Source of the DNA: a virus
DNA length: 64,000 bases
Virus record (IMG/VR): IMGVR_UViG_3300028742_000001
Strand: one strand, 5' to 3'
The notes under the pieces are model-generated. The model was not told where the DNA came from. It did no database searches and was given only the letters and a program-made list of their open reading frames with translations. Made by a program: the position numbers and the translations under genes. Positions within the stretch are counted from its first letter, which is position 1, and each line of letters begins with the position of its first letter. Positions 16,425 through 24,294 of the stretch are shown here, in pieces.

Positions 16425-16730
16425 ATGTATACCATCACAAAGTTTCAAGACACTACAATGAAAGATGTCGTGGCCTCTCCATCGCCGGTCATACTCATGC
16501 CTCTGACGGTATCTACGGACACGGAAGAGCAGGCCAAGATGATGTTCTTCCAATCAAACGATCTGATGGATCTAGTAGACCTGGGCTTCCTCGAAGAAAA
16601 GACCGATGATTTCAAGGAAAGACTTTCCAAAGAACTTGCGGCCATCAACTCGAAGCGAGTATTCCGCGTATTCGTACCGACCGAGCTCGGTATGCAGTTC
16701 TGGGCACCGATCAAAGGCCTTCCGAACTAA
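16425..16730 (+). CDS. Hypothetical acidic protein (101 aa)
   Basis: GGAAGAGG SD upstream of the ATG. Confidence 0.6.
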   Translation: MYTITKFQDTTMKDVVASPSPVILMPLTVSTDTEEQAKMMFFQSNDLMDLVDLGFLEEKTDDFKERLSKELAAINSKRVFRVFVPTELGMQFWAPIKGLPN

Positions 16731-16739
16731 CGAATCAGC

Positions 16740-16768
16740 TTGACAGATAGCCTATTATGCTGTAGTAT
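16740..16768 (+). promoter_or_regulatory. Sigma70-type promoter TTGACA-N17-TAGTAT
   Basis: Exact -35 and 17-nt spacer. The -10 ends 9 nt before ATG16778. Confidence 0.7.
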
Positions 16769-16777
16769 AAGGAAACT

Positions 16778-18028
16778 ATGACAACCACTCCTGAAGTTAA
16801 GAAGTCTAATCATCAAGCCAACATCGTCCGTGTAGCTGAAGTGCTCGCACACCCTGATCCTGAGACAACCGATCTCGAACTAATCGTAATCGGTGGGTAC
16901 CAAGTTGTTGTGCGTAAGGGACAGTTCGCTATTGGTGACCTCGCTGTCTACATTCAGCCCGACTCGGTCGTGCCGCAGACGATCCCATTTAAATTCATAT
17001 GGGAAGGTCACGTTGGCATCGACGGTACGGTACCGGCCAAGCGCAGACGCATCACGGTTCGCAAGTTCCGTGGTCAATATTCCGAAGGCCTGCTTCTGCC
17101 AGTTAGTGACTTCATCTCTTCTAATGCTTTCGGATTTATGAGCGATGGGGTCACCTTTCAGTATATTCCTGGTGGTTACATGCACGAATGTGGTGTAACA
17201 CTTTATACCAAAGAAGTAAACGAAGGTGATGATGTGTCTGACCTTCTCGGCATCACCCATTACGACCCAGACGCCGACAAGCCCGAAGACCCAAGCGCAT
17301 CCGCACCGGCACGCAAGGCGCGCCGTCCGAAGACTCTGAAGGGTTGGGTCCGATTTGCATGGCATGGCATCATGCGCAAGCTATTCCCTCAGACACACCT
17401 CGGTCCTATCGACACGCCCATCGCTATCCCAACGTACGACATCGAAGCCTTCAAGAACTACAAGGGCACGTTCGCTGGTGACGATGAGATCGTGGTGACT
17501 GAGAAGGTTCACGGATCGAACGCGCGGTACATGTACCTCGACGGTATCCAGTACGCCGGGTCACGGACACAGTGGAAGCATGCTGACTCGAAGGATGAGT
17601 TCCGCAAGGCTCTCGTTCAGAACCCTTGGATCGGCGCATGGTGCGCGGAGAACCCAGGCTTAGTCCTGTGGGGTGAGCTGGTGCCGACGCAGGGCGACAA
17701 GTGGGCATACGGAACGAAGAAAGGTGAGGTCAAATTCTTGGCCTTCGACATCTTCAACCCTGAGACACACACGTTCTATGACTACGATACTTTCCTTGCT
17801 GCTGTGCCTGACGAATCAGTACGGGTTCCTGAGTTGTACCGAGGTACGTTCGGTGCTTACAGTCAGGCTCTCCTGCTTTACGTCGACGGCCTCTCGGCAG
17901 TCCCATGTGCAAAGAACATCCGTGAGGGCAACGTCCTCAAGACCGTCAAGGAGGAGCGTGTGCGCGGCCTCGGTCGCAAGCAGCTCAAAGTGGTCAGTAA
18001 TGTTTTCCTTGACAAGGACAGCAAGTAA
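16778..18028 (+). CDS. RNA ligase with N-terminal OB-like domain (DraRnl/Rnl5-like architecture)
   Basis: N-terminus ANIVRVAEVLAHPDPETTDLELIVIGGYQVVVRKGQFAIGDLAVYIQPDSVVP. Nucleotidyltransferase motif I TEKVHGSN. Low-complexity basic insert between the domains. Confidence 0.7.
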   Translation: MTTTPEVKKSNHQANIVRVAEVLAHPDPETTDLELIVIGGYQVVVRKGQFAIGDLAVYIQPDSVVPQTIPFKFIWEGHVGIDGTVPAKRRRITVRKFRGQYSEGLLLPVSDFISSNAFGFMSDGVTFQYIPGGYMHECGVTLYTKEVNEGDDVSDLLGITHYDPDADKPEDPSASAPARKARRPKTLKGWVRFAWHGIMRKLFPQTHLGPIDTPIAIPTYDIEAFKNYKGTFAGDDEIVVTEKVHGSNARYMYLDGIQYAGSRTQWKHADSKDEFRKALVQNPWIGAWCAENPGLVLWGELVPTQGDKWAYGTKKGEVKFLAFDIFNPETHTFYDYDTFLAAVPDESVRVPELYRGTFGAYSQALLLYVDGLSAVPCAKNIREGNVLKTVKEERVRGLGRKQLKVVSNVFLDKDSK

Positions 18029-18037
18029 CGGTATAGT
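18009..18037 (+). promoter_or_regulatory. Sigma70-type promoter TTGACA-N17-TATAGT
   Basis: Exact -35 and 17-nt spacer. Overlaps the last codons of the ligase gene. Confidence 0.65.
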
Positions 18038-18155
18038 TGTACAAGATCGTCCTCGGGTGAGCGAGGGAGCAATGCTGAGGAACTGATCAACCCAGCTACA
18101 CTCGACACCCGCAGGCTCGGTACTATAAACCAATAACCCGTCCAAGGAGGACACC

Positions 18156-18611
18156 GTGGCATTAAATTTCGAAAACGGAAACTTAATCTATACCGCACAT
18201 TATCCATCTTCACCAACACCCAAGCCGCTCCCGGAAGGTTGCAAACCTTTCGATCTTGCAGCAGCACTTGCGGGTAAGCCTGTAATTACAGGAGCAGGTA
18301 AACCCGTCACTAACATCAAGGTGTTCGAAGGCGTCATGGATGGTTTTTCACTTGCTGGCGTCTTAAATGGTACAGTGGTTGTGCGTACCATTGGAGGCCA
18401 TACCAACAAAAGTGGAGCAGATTGGGAACAGGACCGCACCTTCTTCATGAAGGTCGAGACCAAGGATGTGTACTTCAACATCTACAACGCCACTCGTCCC
18501 GAGGGCCACAGCCATGCCACTGAAGAGGCAGCAGACAAAGCGTTTAAAGATAGTGGACGCAAGCGTGTAAACGAGGGCGGCAAGGCATTGAAGGTCACAG
18601 TAGAGATCTAA
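18156..18611 (+). CDS. Hypothetical protein (151 aa)
   Basis: AAGGAGG SD before GTG18156. Confidence 0.7.
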   Translation: MALNFENGNLIYTAHYPSSPTPKPLPEGCKPFDLAAALAGKPVITGAGKPVTNIKVFEGVMDGFSLAGVLNGTVVVRTIGGHTNKSGADWEQDRTFFMKVETKDVYFNIYNATRPEGHSHATEEAADKAFKDSGRKRVNEGGKALKVTVEI

Positions 18612-18650
18612 ATCTACCAACCTACAAGGCACGGCGAGGTGATAGCAGTA

Positions 18651-18678
18651 AAGAGGGTCAGTGATGGCCCTCTTTTTA
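18651..18678 (+). terminator. Rho-independent terminator
   Basis: AAGAGGGTCA-gtga-TGGCCCTCTT stem (GNRA-type loop) followed by TTTTT. Confidence 0.8.
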
Positions 18679-18684
18679 TTCAAG

Positions 18685-18702
18685 AAACATAATAAACATA
18701 AT
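18685..18702. repeat. Exact tandem 9-mer (aaacataat)x2
   Basis: Read directly in the AT-rich gap upstream of 18740. Confidence 0.8.
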
Positions 18703-18739
18703 TGATTTATAACCTAAAGTTGCAATATGACGAGGGCCA

Positions 18740-19399
18740 ATGGGCAGCAAGAAAAAGCAAAGTGTCGATCCAACCAACATCCCAGCCAAGTTGACCCATG
18801 CACAAAAGGAATGGTTCATCCTTTTCTCGATAGCCGTCGCCGGTAAGGGCGCGAAGGGCACAGAGACGAAACTGAATGCACTGCTCGACTCGATCAAGCC
18901 CGAGGGCTGGGCGTTCTCAGGTCCCTTCGCCAAGATCAACTACCTCATCACAACGAAGCAGTTGTCGGACAGACTGAAGGAGTTCAAGTTCGGCCAGTAC
19001 ACCAGGATCGAAAAGGCCTATAAGCAAGTCACGTTGCCGGGCATACCGATTACGCTCCAGGGTCTCCAGCAAATCGACGGCATCGGCCCTAAGACCGCCT
19101 CGTTAATCGTTCTCTACACGAACCCCAAGGCCGATTGCGTTCCGCTCGACACGCATATCCTGAAGTTCCTCCGCGCCCAAGGCGTCTATAAAGTACCTAC
19201 ATCTACCCCTCCTTCAGGTACGCTATACAATCGACTAGAAATGGCATTCAAAATCATTGCAGTTAACCAAAATAAAACCGTAAGACAACTTGACACTGAG
19301 GTGTGGAACTACTATCATGGCAAACATGCGAAGTCGAATCCTACTCCCGCTCCTTCTTGCTATCCCGATGGCAGCTCAAGTCAGCACGCCAACGCCTGA
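18740..19399 (+). CDS. HhH-GPD superfamily DNA glycosylase (endonuclease III-like, no Fe-S cluster)
   Basis: IDGIGPKTASLIVLY (helix-hairpin-helix with Lys) followed by VPLDTHILKF (catalytic Asp position). Confidence 0.7.
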   Translation: MGSKKKQSVDPTNIPAKLTHAQKEWFILFSIAVAGKGAKGTETKLNALLDSIKPEGWAFSGPFAKINYLITTKQLSDRLKEFKFGQYTRIEKAYKQVTLPGIPITLQGLQQIDGIGPKTASLIVLYTNPKADCVPLDTHILKFLRAQGVYKVPTSTPPSGTLYNRLEMAFKIIAVNQNKTVRQLDTEVWNYYHGKHAKSNPTPAPSCYPDGSSSQHANA

Positions 19400-19568
19400 T
19401 CCGATCCTACCGCTGACACCGGATGATAACGTCTGCTCTGAGGTACCGGAGGTGGGTTGGTTTTACTACTCGCCTACGTTCGGTGTAAGCTTCTCTAAGA
19501 AGTCTTGCCTGTCAGCCATTCTCGCAGCTAAGGGACGATCACGGTACATAGTGATGGTGCAGATATAA
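19317..19568 (+). CDS. Small secreted protein; overlaps the glycosylase 3' end
   Basis: MANMRSRILLPLLLAIPMAAQVSTP signal peptide. 83-nt out-of-frame overlap with 18740..19399. Confidence 0.45.
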   Translation: MANMRSRILLPLLLAIPMAAQVSTPTPDPILPLTPDDNVCSEVPEVGWFYYSPTFGVSFSKKSCLSAILAAKGRSRYIVMVQI

Positions 19569-20150
19569 ATGGGACAGAATAAGTTTTCCAAGAAAAGCGA
19601 CAAACTAACTCACACGTCTCCGCTACCATTCTCGGGAAGCAAAGGTCCAAAACTACCTGAGTGGGCAAGGTTGAAGTTGGCGAAGTTAGACGTAGACAGT
19701 GCGTGCACCGAAGTCGAACTAAAGATGGGTGACGCCACGGTTACCACCAATGAGGCTACGTTCTCCGGCGATTGGTATGCCAAGATGAAAGCCTTTTTTC
19801 CAAAGTCTATCGGTCAGCAGTACCAAGAGGAAGTGCAAGAGGGTAAGATAGAATCTCCTACGCGAGATACCTCTTACTATTCAAGACTGATCCGTGCTTC
19901 AAAGGTTTTCTCTGATTGGAACCAAGGCCGTTCAAAAGAAGACCAGGAAGCGCCTCCATCGGCGGGTCAGATCTGCGACCTCATGGCCAAGTTCGCCAGC
20001 ATAGAAGTAAAGCTTACTTTACGACATGATGATGACGAGCGTGCTGCGAATATGGCCCCCGATCCGATGGAAATGTTTTTACAGAGATTAGATGCAATGG
20101 CGTCTACTAAAGAGCAGCAACAAAGACTCTTCAGAGATGATGAAATTTAG
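19569..20150 (+). CDS. Hypothetical protein (193 aa)
   Basis: TAAATG junction with the previous ORF. Confidence 0.7.
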   Translation: MGQNKFSKKSDKLTHTSPLPFSGSKGPKLPEWARLKLAKLDVDSACTEVELKMGDATVTTNEATFSGDWYAKMKAFFPKSIGQQYQEEVQEGKIESPTRDTSYYSRLIRASKVFSDWNQGRSKEDQEAPPSAGQICDLMAKFASIEVKLTLRHDDDERAANMAPDPMEMFLQRLDAMASTKEQQQRLFRDDEI

Positions 20151-20152
20151 GC

Positions 20153-20181
20153 TTGACAAACGGCCCTTTTTACTGTATATT
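20153..20181 (+). promoter_or_regulatory. Sigma70-type promoter TTGACA-N17-TATATT
   Basis: Exact -35 and 17-nt spacer. The -10 ends 11 nt before ATG20193. Confidence 0.7.
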
Positions 20182-20192
20182 TGAATTAGCAA

Positions 20193-22286
20193 ATGACTGT
20201 ACCAAGTGAACTAGTAACAAGCAAGGCGATGCAGTTTATTACCTCTCGGGGCTGGAATTGGAGATCAGCCGGTCCTCCACAATATGAGATTGAGACTTGC
20301 CCTTACTGCGACAAAGATGGGTACCATTTTAGGATGTCTCTGCATGGTGCAGATGACTCGCAGGCAAACAGGGACGGTTTGTGCGCCTGCATGAAGTGTG
20401 GTAAGCAGGGCAATCTAACCAGCCTGAAGCAGCATTTAGGAGTGACTATCCCTGAAGTCGAATCGCGCAAGGACTCAGGCGACACAGGACGCAAGACAGA
20501 AGAACTACCTGATCTAGAAGAGGCTCATCAAGCCCTCCTCGAAAACGCAAACGCAATGGACTACCTGATGAACGGTCGCGGCTTCTCGCGCGCCATCATC
20601 GAGCAGCAGAAACTAGGATACACACCAGAACGGTACTTCCGTGAAACCGGTAAGGTTCCGGCTATCATCTACCCGTACTTGGTTAATTCCAACAGTGTCT
20701 TCGTACATTACCGGACTTGCCCTGACATGGACAATCCTGGTAAGGTACCGAAGGCGTTTAGCTCTCCGATGGGCTGGACGGTGCCGCTGTACAATCAGGA
20801 GGCTCTGAACAAGGAAGGCCTCAAAGAGATCGTGATGGTCGAAGGTGAGGCCAACTGTATCTCAGCAATGGATCACGCTGTCATAGACATCTGTGGTGTA
20901 CCAGGCGCTAACTTTAAGAAGGCCGAGTGGATCGACGTACTCGATAAACTCGAACTGGAAAAGATATACATTTGCTATGACAAAGACAAAGTGGGCCAGA
21001 AAGCAGCGCAGACTCTCGCAGCGAAGATCGGCATTGAGAAGTGCTGGAAGATTACTCTACCAGACTTCATGGTACCTAAAGACGATGGCACTGAACGCCT
21101 CGGGAAGGACTTGAATGAATACTTCACGTTCGGCGGCGGTACAGCAGAATCGTTCGCGAAGCTCAAAGAGGAAGCTGTTCTCTTTGACGTTGATGGCGTT
21201 GCGAGTTCCAAGGATTCGCTTTCTGAGTTTATGGACGAGCTCGAAGGGAAGAGCGGCCTGGAACCGAAGTATAAGTCCGCTTGGCCTAGCCAGAATAAGC
21301 TCGTGGGATTTGACGAGGGTGATGTCATTGACATCCTCGCACCTGAGAAGGTTGGAAAGACTACCTATGCGATGAACCTGATGGAGCACATGTGCTCCAC
21401 ATACGGTGAAGACGGTGTGTTCATCTGTCTCGAAATGACCAGAGCGCGCATGGCCCGTAAGTGGGTCTCGCACAAGGCAGGTATCGAAGACAACCTACCA
21501 AAGGACGAAGCTGAGTCCCATGCTCTCCTCGCGAAGTTCAAAGAGGCAGTGCCGAAGCTTCAAAAGGAAGTACAGGATCGTGAAGGAGACTTCTACTTCT
21601 GCTATCCTCAGTACAAGAACTGCGAAGACATCTATAACCTGATGCGTGCCTGTATCCGACGCTATGGAGTAAAGTGGATTGCCATCGACAACATTCAACG
21701 ACTGGCCGATACGACGCCGCGAGGCCAAGGCCGTAACCGTACCGAGCACCTATCGGAGATCAGCAAGGTTATTTCGCAGATCGCGAAAGATTACGGTGTC
21801 CAGATTATTCGCATCCTCCAGCCGAACCGTATCCAGGGCGGTGGGATGGTGTCAACCGATAACGTAGACGGCTCGTCACAGATCGCGAAGGACTGCGATT
21901 GCATGTTGACGCTGCACCGCCCACGTATCGCGAACAACAATACCGCCGACGTCATGCAGTTCGACAGCGGCGCGCCGATGGAAGAAGAGGCGACGTTCTC
22001 TGATCGTATGCTTCTGACCGTAGGCCTGAGCCGCTATAGCTCTGGTGGCCGGTGTGAACTCCACATGAACGGAGCTACCTCGACCGTAAGTGAGATGTCG
22101 GAGCATCAGAAGAAAGTCATTCAGGCAATGGCCAACCACAACGTCGGCCACGCTGCACAGATACAAAACCAGAACCTCGCCGGTCTCAAAAAGGCCGTAG
22201 AGAAAACCGCACCAGCTTCCGTCGACGCAACTGCATCTGAGACGATAGCTGAGGAACCGAAAGAGACTGAGGAGATCGGCATCTAA
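20193..22286 (+). CDS. Bifunctional primase-helicase (T7 gp4-like: Zn finger + TOPRIM + DnaB/RecA-type helicase)
   Basis: CPYCDKDGYHF..CMKCG zinc finger. MVEGEANCISAM and YDKDKVG (TOPRIM). APEKVGKTT (Walker A). WIAIDNIQ (Walker B). Confidence 0.9.
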   Translation: MTVPSELVTSKAMQFITSRGWNWRSAGPPQYEIETCPYCDKDGYHFRMSLHGADDSQANRDGLCACMKCGKQGNLTSLKQHLGVTIPEVESRKDSGDTGRKTEELPDLEEAHQALLENANAMDYLMNGRGFSRAIIEQQKLGYTPERYFRETGKVPAIIYPYLVNSNSVFVHYRTCPDMDNPGKVPKAFSSPMGWTVPLYNQEALNKEGLKEIVMVEGEANCISAMDHAVIDICGVPGANFKKAEWIDVLDKLELEKIYICYDKDKVGQKAAQTLAAKIGIEKCWKITLPDFMVPKDDGTERLGKDLNEYFTFGGGTAESFAKLKEEAVLFDVDGVASSKDSLSEFMDELEGKSGLEPKYKSAWPSQNKLVGFDEGDVIDILAPEKVGKTTYAMNLMEHMCSTYGEDGVFICLEMTRARMARKWVSHKAGIEDNLPKDEAESHALLAKFKEAVPKLQKEVQDREGDFYFCYPQYKNCEDIYNLMRACIRRYGVKWIAIDNIQRLADTTPRGQGRNRTEHLSEISKVISQIAKDYGVQIIRILQPNRIQGGGMVSTDNVDGSSQIAKDCDCMLTLHRPRIANNNTADVMQFDSGAPMEEEATFSDRMLLTVGLSRYSSGGRCELHMNGATSTVSEMSEHQKKVIQAMANHNVGHAAQIQNQNLAGLKKAVEKTAPASVDATASETIAEEPKETEEIGI

Positions 22287-22816
22287 TGACTCGTCGTGAA
22301 AGCGCCCTCGAAGCAATACGCTATCATCACCCAAAGACGGAGAGGCAACTGATGGTGCAATGTGGATTCAGCCTACGGCCTGTCGGCGGGGGCGCGTACA
22401 GAGACGCGTACCAGATCATCGGTACGGACCTGATCATCAAATTACCGAGGTGTGAGGGTCAGTCCATAGAACGTATCGAATACAGTATCGAGCATAGCTG
22501 GCTTGAGGTCGACGCTATCAGAAAGGTCATGAAGTCAAAGGCAAAGAGATGGCAGATGTTCAAGCCCCTTATGCCAGAGATTCTGTACTTCAATCACACG
22601 TACGGTACAATCGTTATGCCGAAATACAAGCGAGTCGGTCACAAGAGGCATTCAGATACTATCAGGAAACTCGAATATCTTGTTAACCGCTACCATGGTG
22701 TCGAAGACTCTGACTTGCATAATGCTGGCAATTGGGCGGAAGACAAAGACGGGAACTTGAAGCTTATTGACATGGGTTGCTTCCTCGAAGGAAACACAAC
22801 TTGTCCATCAAACTAA
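22286..22816 (+). CDS. Minimal protein-kinase-like fold protein (176 aa)
   Basis: VGGGAYRDAY (Gly loop), LIIKLPR (Lys), DSDLHNAGNW (catalytic-loop-like), LKLIDMG (DFG-like). Confidence 0.55.
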   Translation: MTRRESALEAIRYHHPKTERQLMVQCGFSLRPVGGGAYRDAYQIIGTDLIIKLPRCEGQSIERIEYSIEHSWLEVDAIRKVMKSKAKRWQMFKPLMPEILYFNHTYGTIVMPKYKRVGHKRHSDTIRKLEYLVNRYHGVEDSDLHNAGNWAEDKDGNLKLIDMGCFLEGNTTCPSN

Positions 22817-23229
22817 GTAAGTTGACACCGAAGGAACGAGCCAAAGATCTTCGTCTACAACGAGAGTTTCACATTACACTCGCAGACTACCGGCTAATAT
22901 TCAAGTCCCAAGATGGTTGCTGTGGTATATGTAAACGTCCAAGATCAGACTTCAAAAATGACTTCGCAGTAGACCACAATCATCTTACAGGTGAGTTAAG
23001 GGGCCTGCTTTGTTTTACTTGCAATCGTGCTCTTGGCAAGTTTCGAGATAACGATGTTTTAGTTATAAACGCAGCCCAATACGTTCAGAACCCTCCGGCA
23101 GCTATTGCTTTAGGGAAAAGGATATTTACAGCCATAGGGCGTATTGGTACGAAGGTTAGGGCTAAGATCTTGGCTGGAATGAAGATAACGAAAGTAACGA
23201 AAGGTAAGAGTGGACTCAAACGTAAGTAG
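22777..23229 (+). CDS. Recombination endonuclease VII family protein
   Basis: CCGICKRP...AVDHNHLTGELRGLLCFTCNRALGKFRDN. Start uncertain (TTG22777 or TTG22822). Confidence 0.85.
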   Translation: MLPRRKHNLSIKLSKLTPKERAKDLRLQREFHITLADYRLIFKSQDGCCGICKRPRSDFKNDFAVDHNHLTGELRGLLCFTCNRALGKFRDNDVLVINAAQYVQNPPAAIALGKRIFTAIGRIGTKVRAKILAGMKITKVTKGKSGLKRK

Positions 23230-23230
23230 G

Positions 23231-23695
23231 GTGCGCCGAGCAGATCGGTTCGCAGAAAACAAGGCAGCTTTCGATGATGTAATTGGAGACCCATACGCGT
23301 TTCCAGAGCCTATCGATGGCCAGTACGCAAGATATAAACAGCGTAGCTCGATTAGAGTTGCCAACAACGACTTCGATAGTGGTCACGCTACTCCTAATGT
23401 GTTACGTCCTTCACCACTTGACTTCTTCTGTGATGTCGAGCGTGCAGTAGAAGACGCGCTTACCGAAGACGAGAAGACTAAGTTCCTTCAGACGTACATC
23501 TGGGAAGAGGGCGAGGCATTCACACAACAAGAGCGCATCGACATCGAGCAAAGAGTGGGTCAGGTTTTGCGTGACCGCAAGATCAGTCCTGTTACATTGT
23601 ATTTTCGTGTCACCCGTCAATCGGTAGGCACAACCAACAGAGCTAACAAGATCAAGAGGACTAAAGAAGATGCCAATTACGCAACTCAGCGATAA
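23231..23695 (+). CDS. Hypothetical protein
   Basis: GTG23231 lies 2 nt after the Endo VII stop. The track start GTG23210 is the alternative. Confidence 0.6.
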   Translation: MRRADRFAENKAAFDDVIGDPYAFPEPIDGQYARYKQRSSIRVANNDFDSGHATPNVLRPSPLDFFCDVERAVEDALTEDEKTKFLQTYIWEEGEAFTQQERIDIEQRVGQVLRDRKISPVTLYFRVTRQSVGTTNRANKIKRTKEDANYATQR

Positions 23696-23864
23696 CAGCA
23701 GGCCAGCCGTAGTAGATCAGCTCAAGCAGGAACTCCCTGAGAACGCAACCATCGACCAGCGCAACATCCTGAACCAGAAGTTCGGCATTGGCGAAGTAGC
23801 CCTAACAGCATCAGAGAAGCTTTTGATCGAGAGAGAGGAACGACGTGGAAATAAACGTAAATGA
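23670..23864 (+). CDS. Small hypothetical protein (64 aa)
   Basis: ORF overlapping both neighbours by about 20 nt. Confidence 0.5.
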   Translation: MPITQLSDNSRPAVVDQLKQELPENATIDQRNILNQKFGIGEVALTASEKLLIEREERRGNKRK

Positions 23865-24294
23865 TACGGCCCGGTTTGGTGAGACGGTTACCTTCCTGTC
23901 GGACGCGCCGTCTCCGCCTATTACTGCACAAGAGATCGTAGAGGGTTTCGGTCTTATAGACGAGGATGCTGGGATAAATCTGAAGACCCGGCTTATCAAG
24001 GTCTATGACAGTTCAGCTAACGGTACGCTGAAATACGTTCAATCTAGCTGTGGACATAAGTTCGTACCTGGAAAAGAACCAAGGCACCGTGGCTGTCAAG
24101 TTTGCTGGTTCACCTACTTCACGACGTATGGCGAATTAACGAGGACTGCCGACGAAGTGTACGTAAACCACGGCGAGGCTGCATTAGTCCAGTTGAGAGG
24201 AAGAACATTCACTACTAACTTCCTAAAATACATGGGTGCAATTGCACAGTGGAAGGCCCTGAGTGAGCAGCAGGCAGTACAAAGAGGTAACTAA
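23845..24294 (+). CDS. Hypothetical protein with Cys pair motifs
   Basis: SCGHKF...HRGCQVCW. Confidence 0.65.
   Translation: MEINVNDTARFGETVTFLSDAPSPPITAQEIVEGFGLIDEDAGINLKTRLIKVYDSSANGTLKYVQSSCGHKFVPGKEPRHRGCQVCWFTYFTTYGELTRTADEVYVNHGEAALVQLRGRTFTTNFLKYMGAIAQWKALSEQQAVQRGN

Noticed and set aside
16346-16609. Track ORF of 87 aa between the helicase gene and 16425.
   Set aside because: It is Arg/Gly/His-rich and non-protein-like, has no SD, and overlaps the better-supported 16425..16730 ORF, which has a GGAAGAGG SD.
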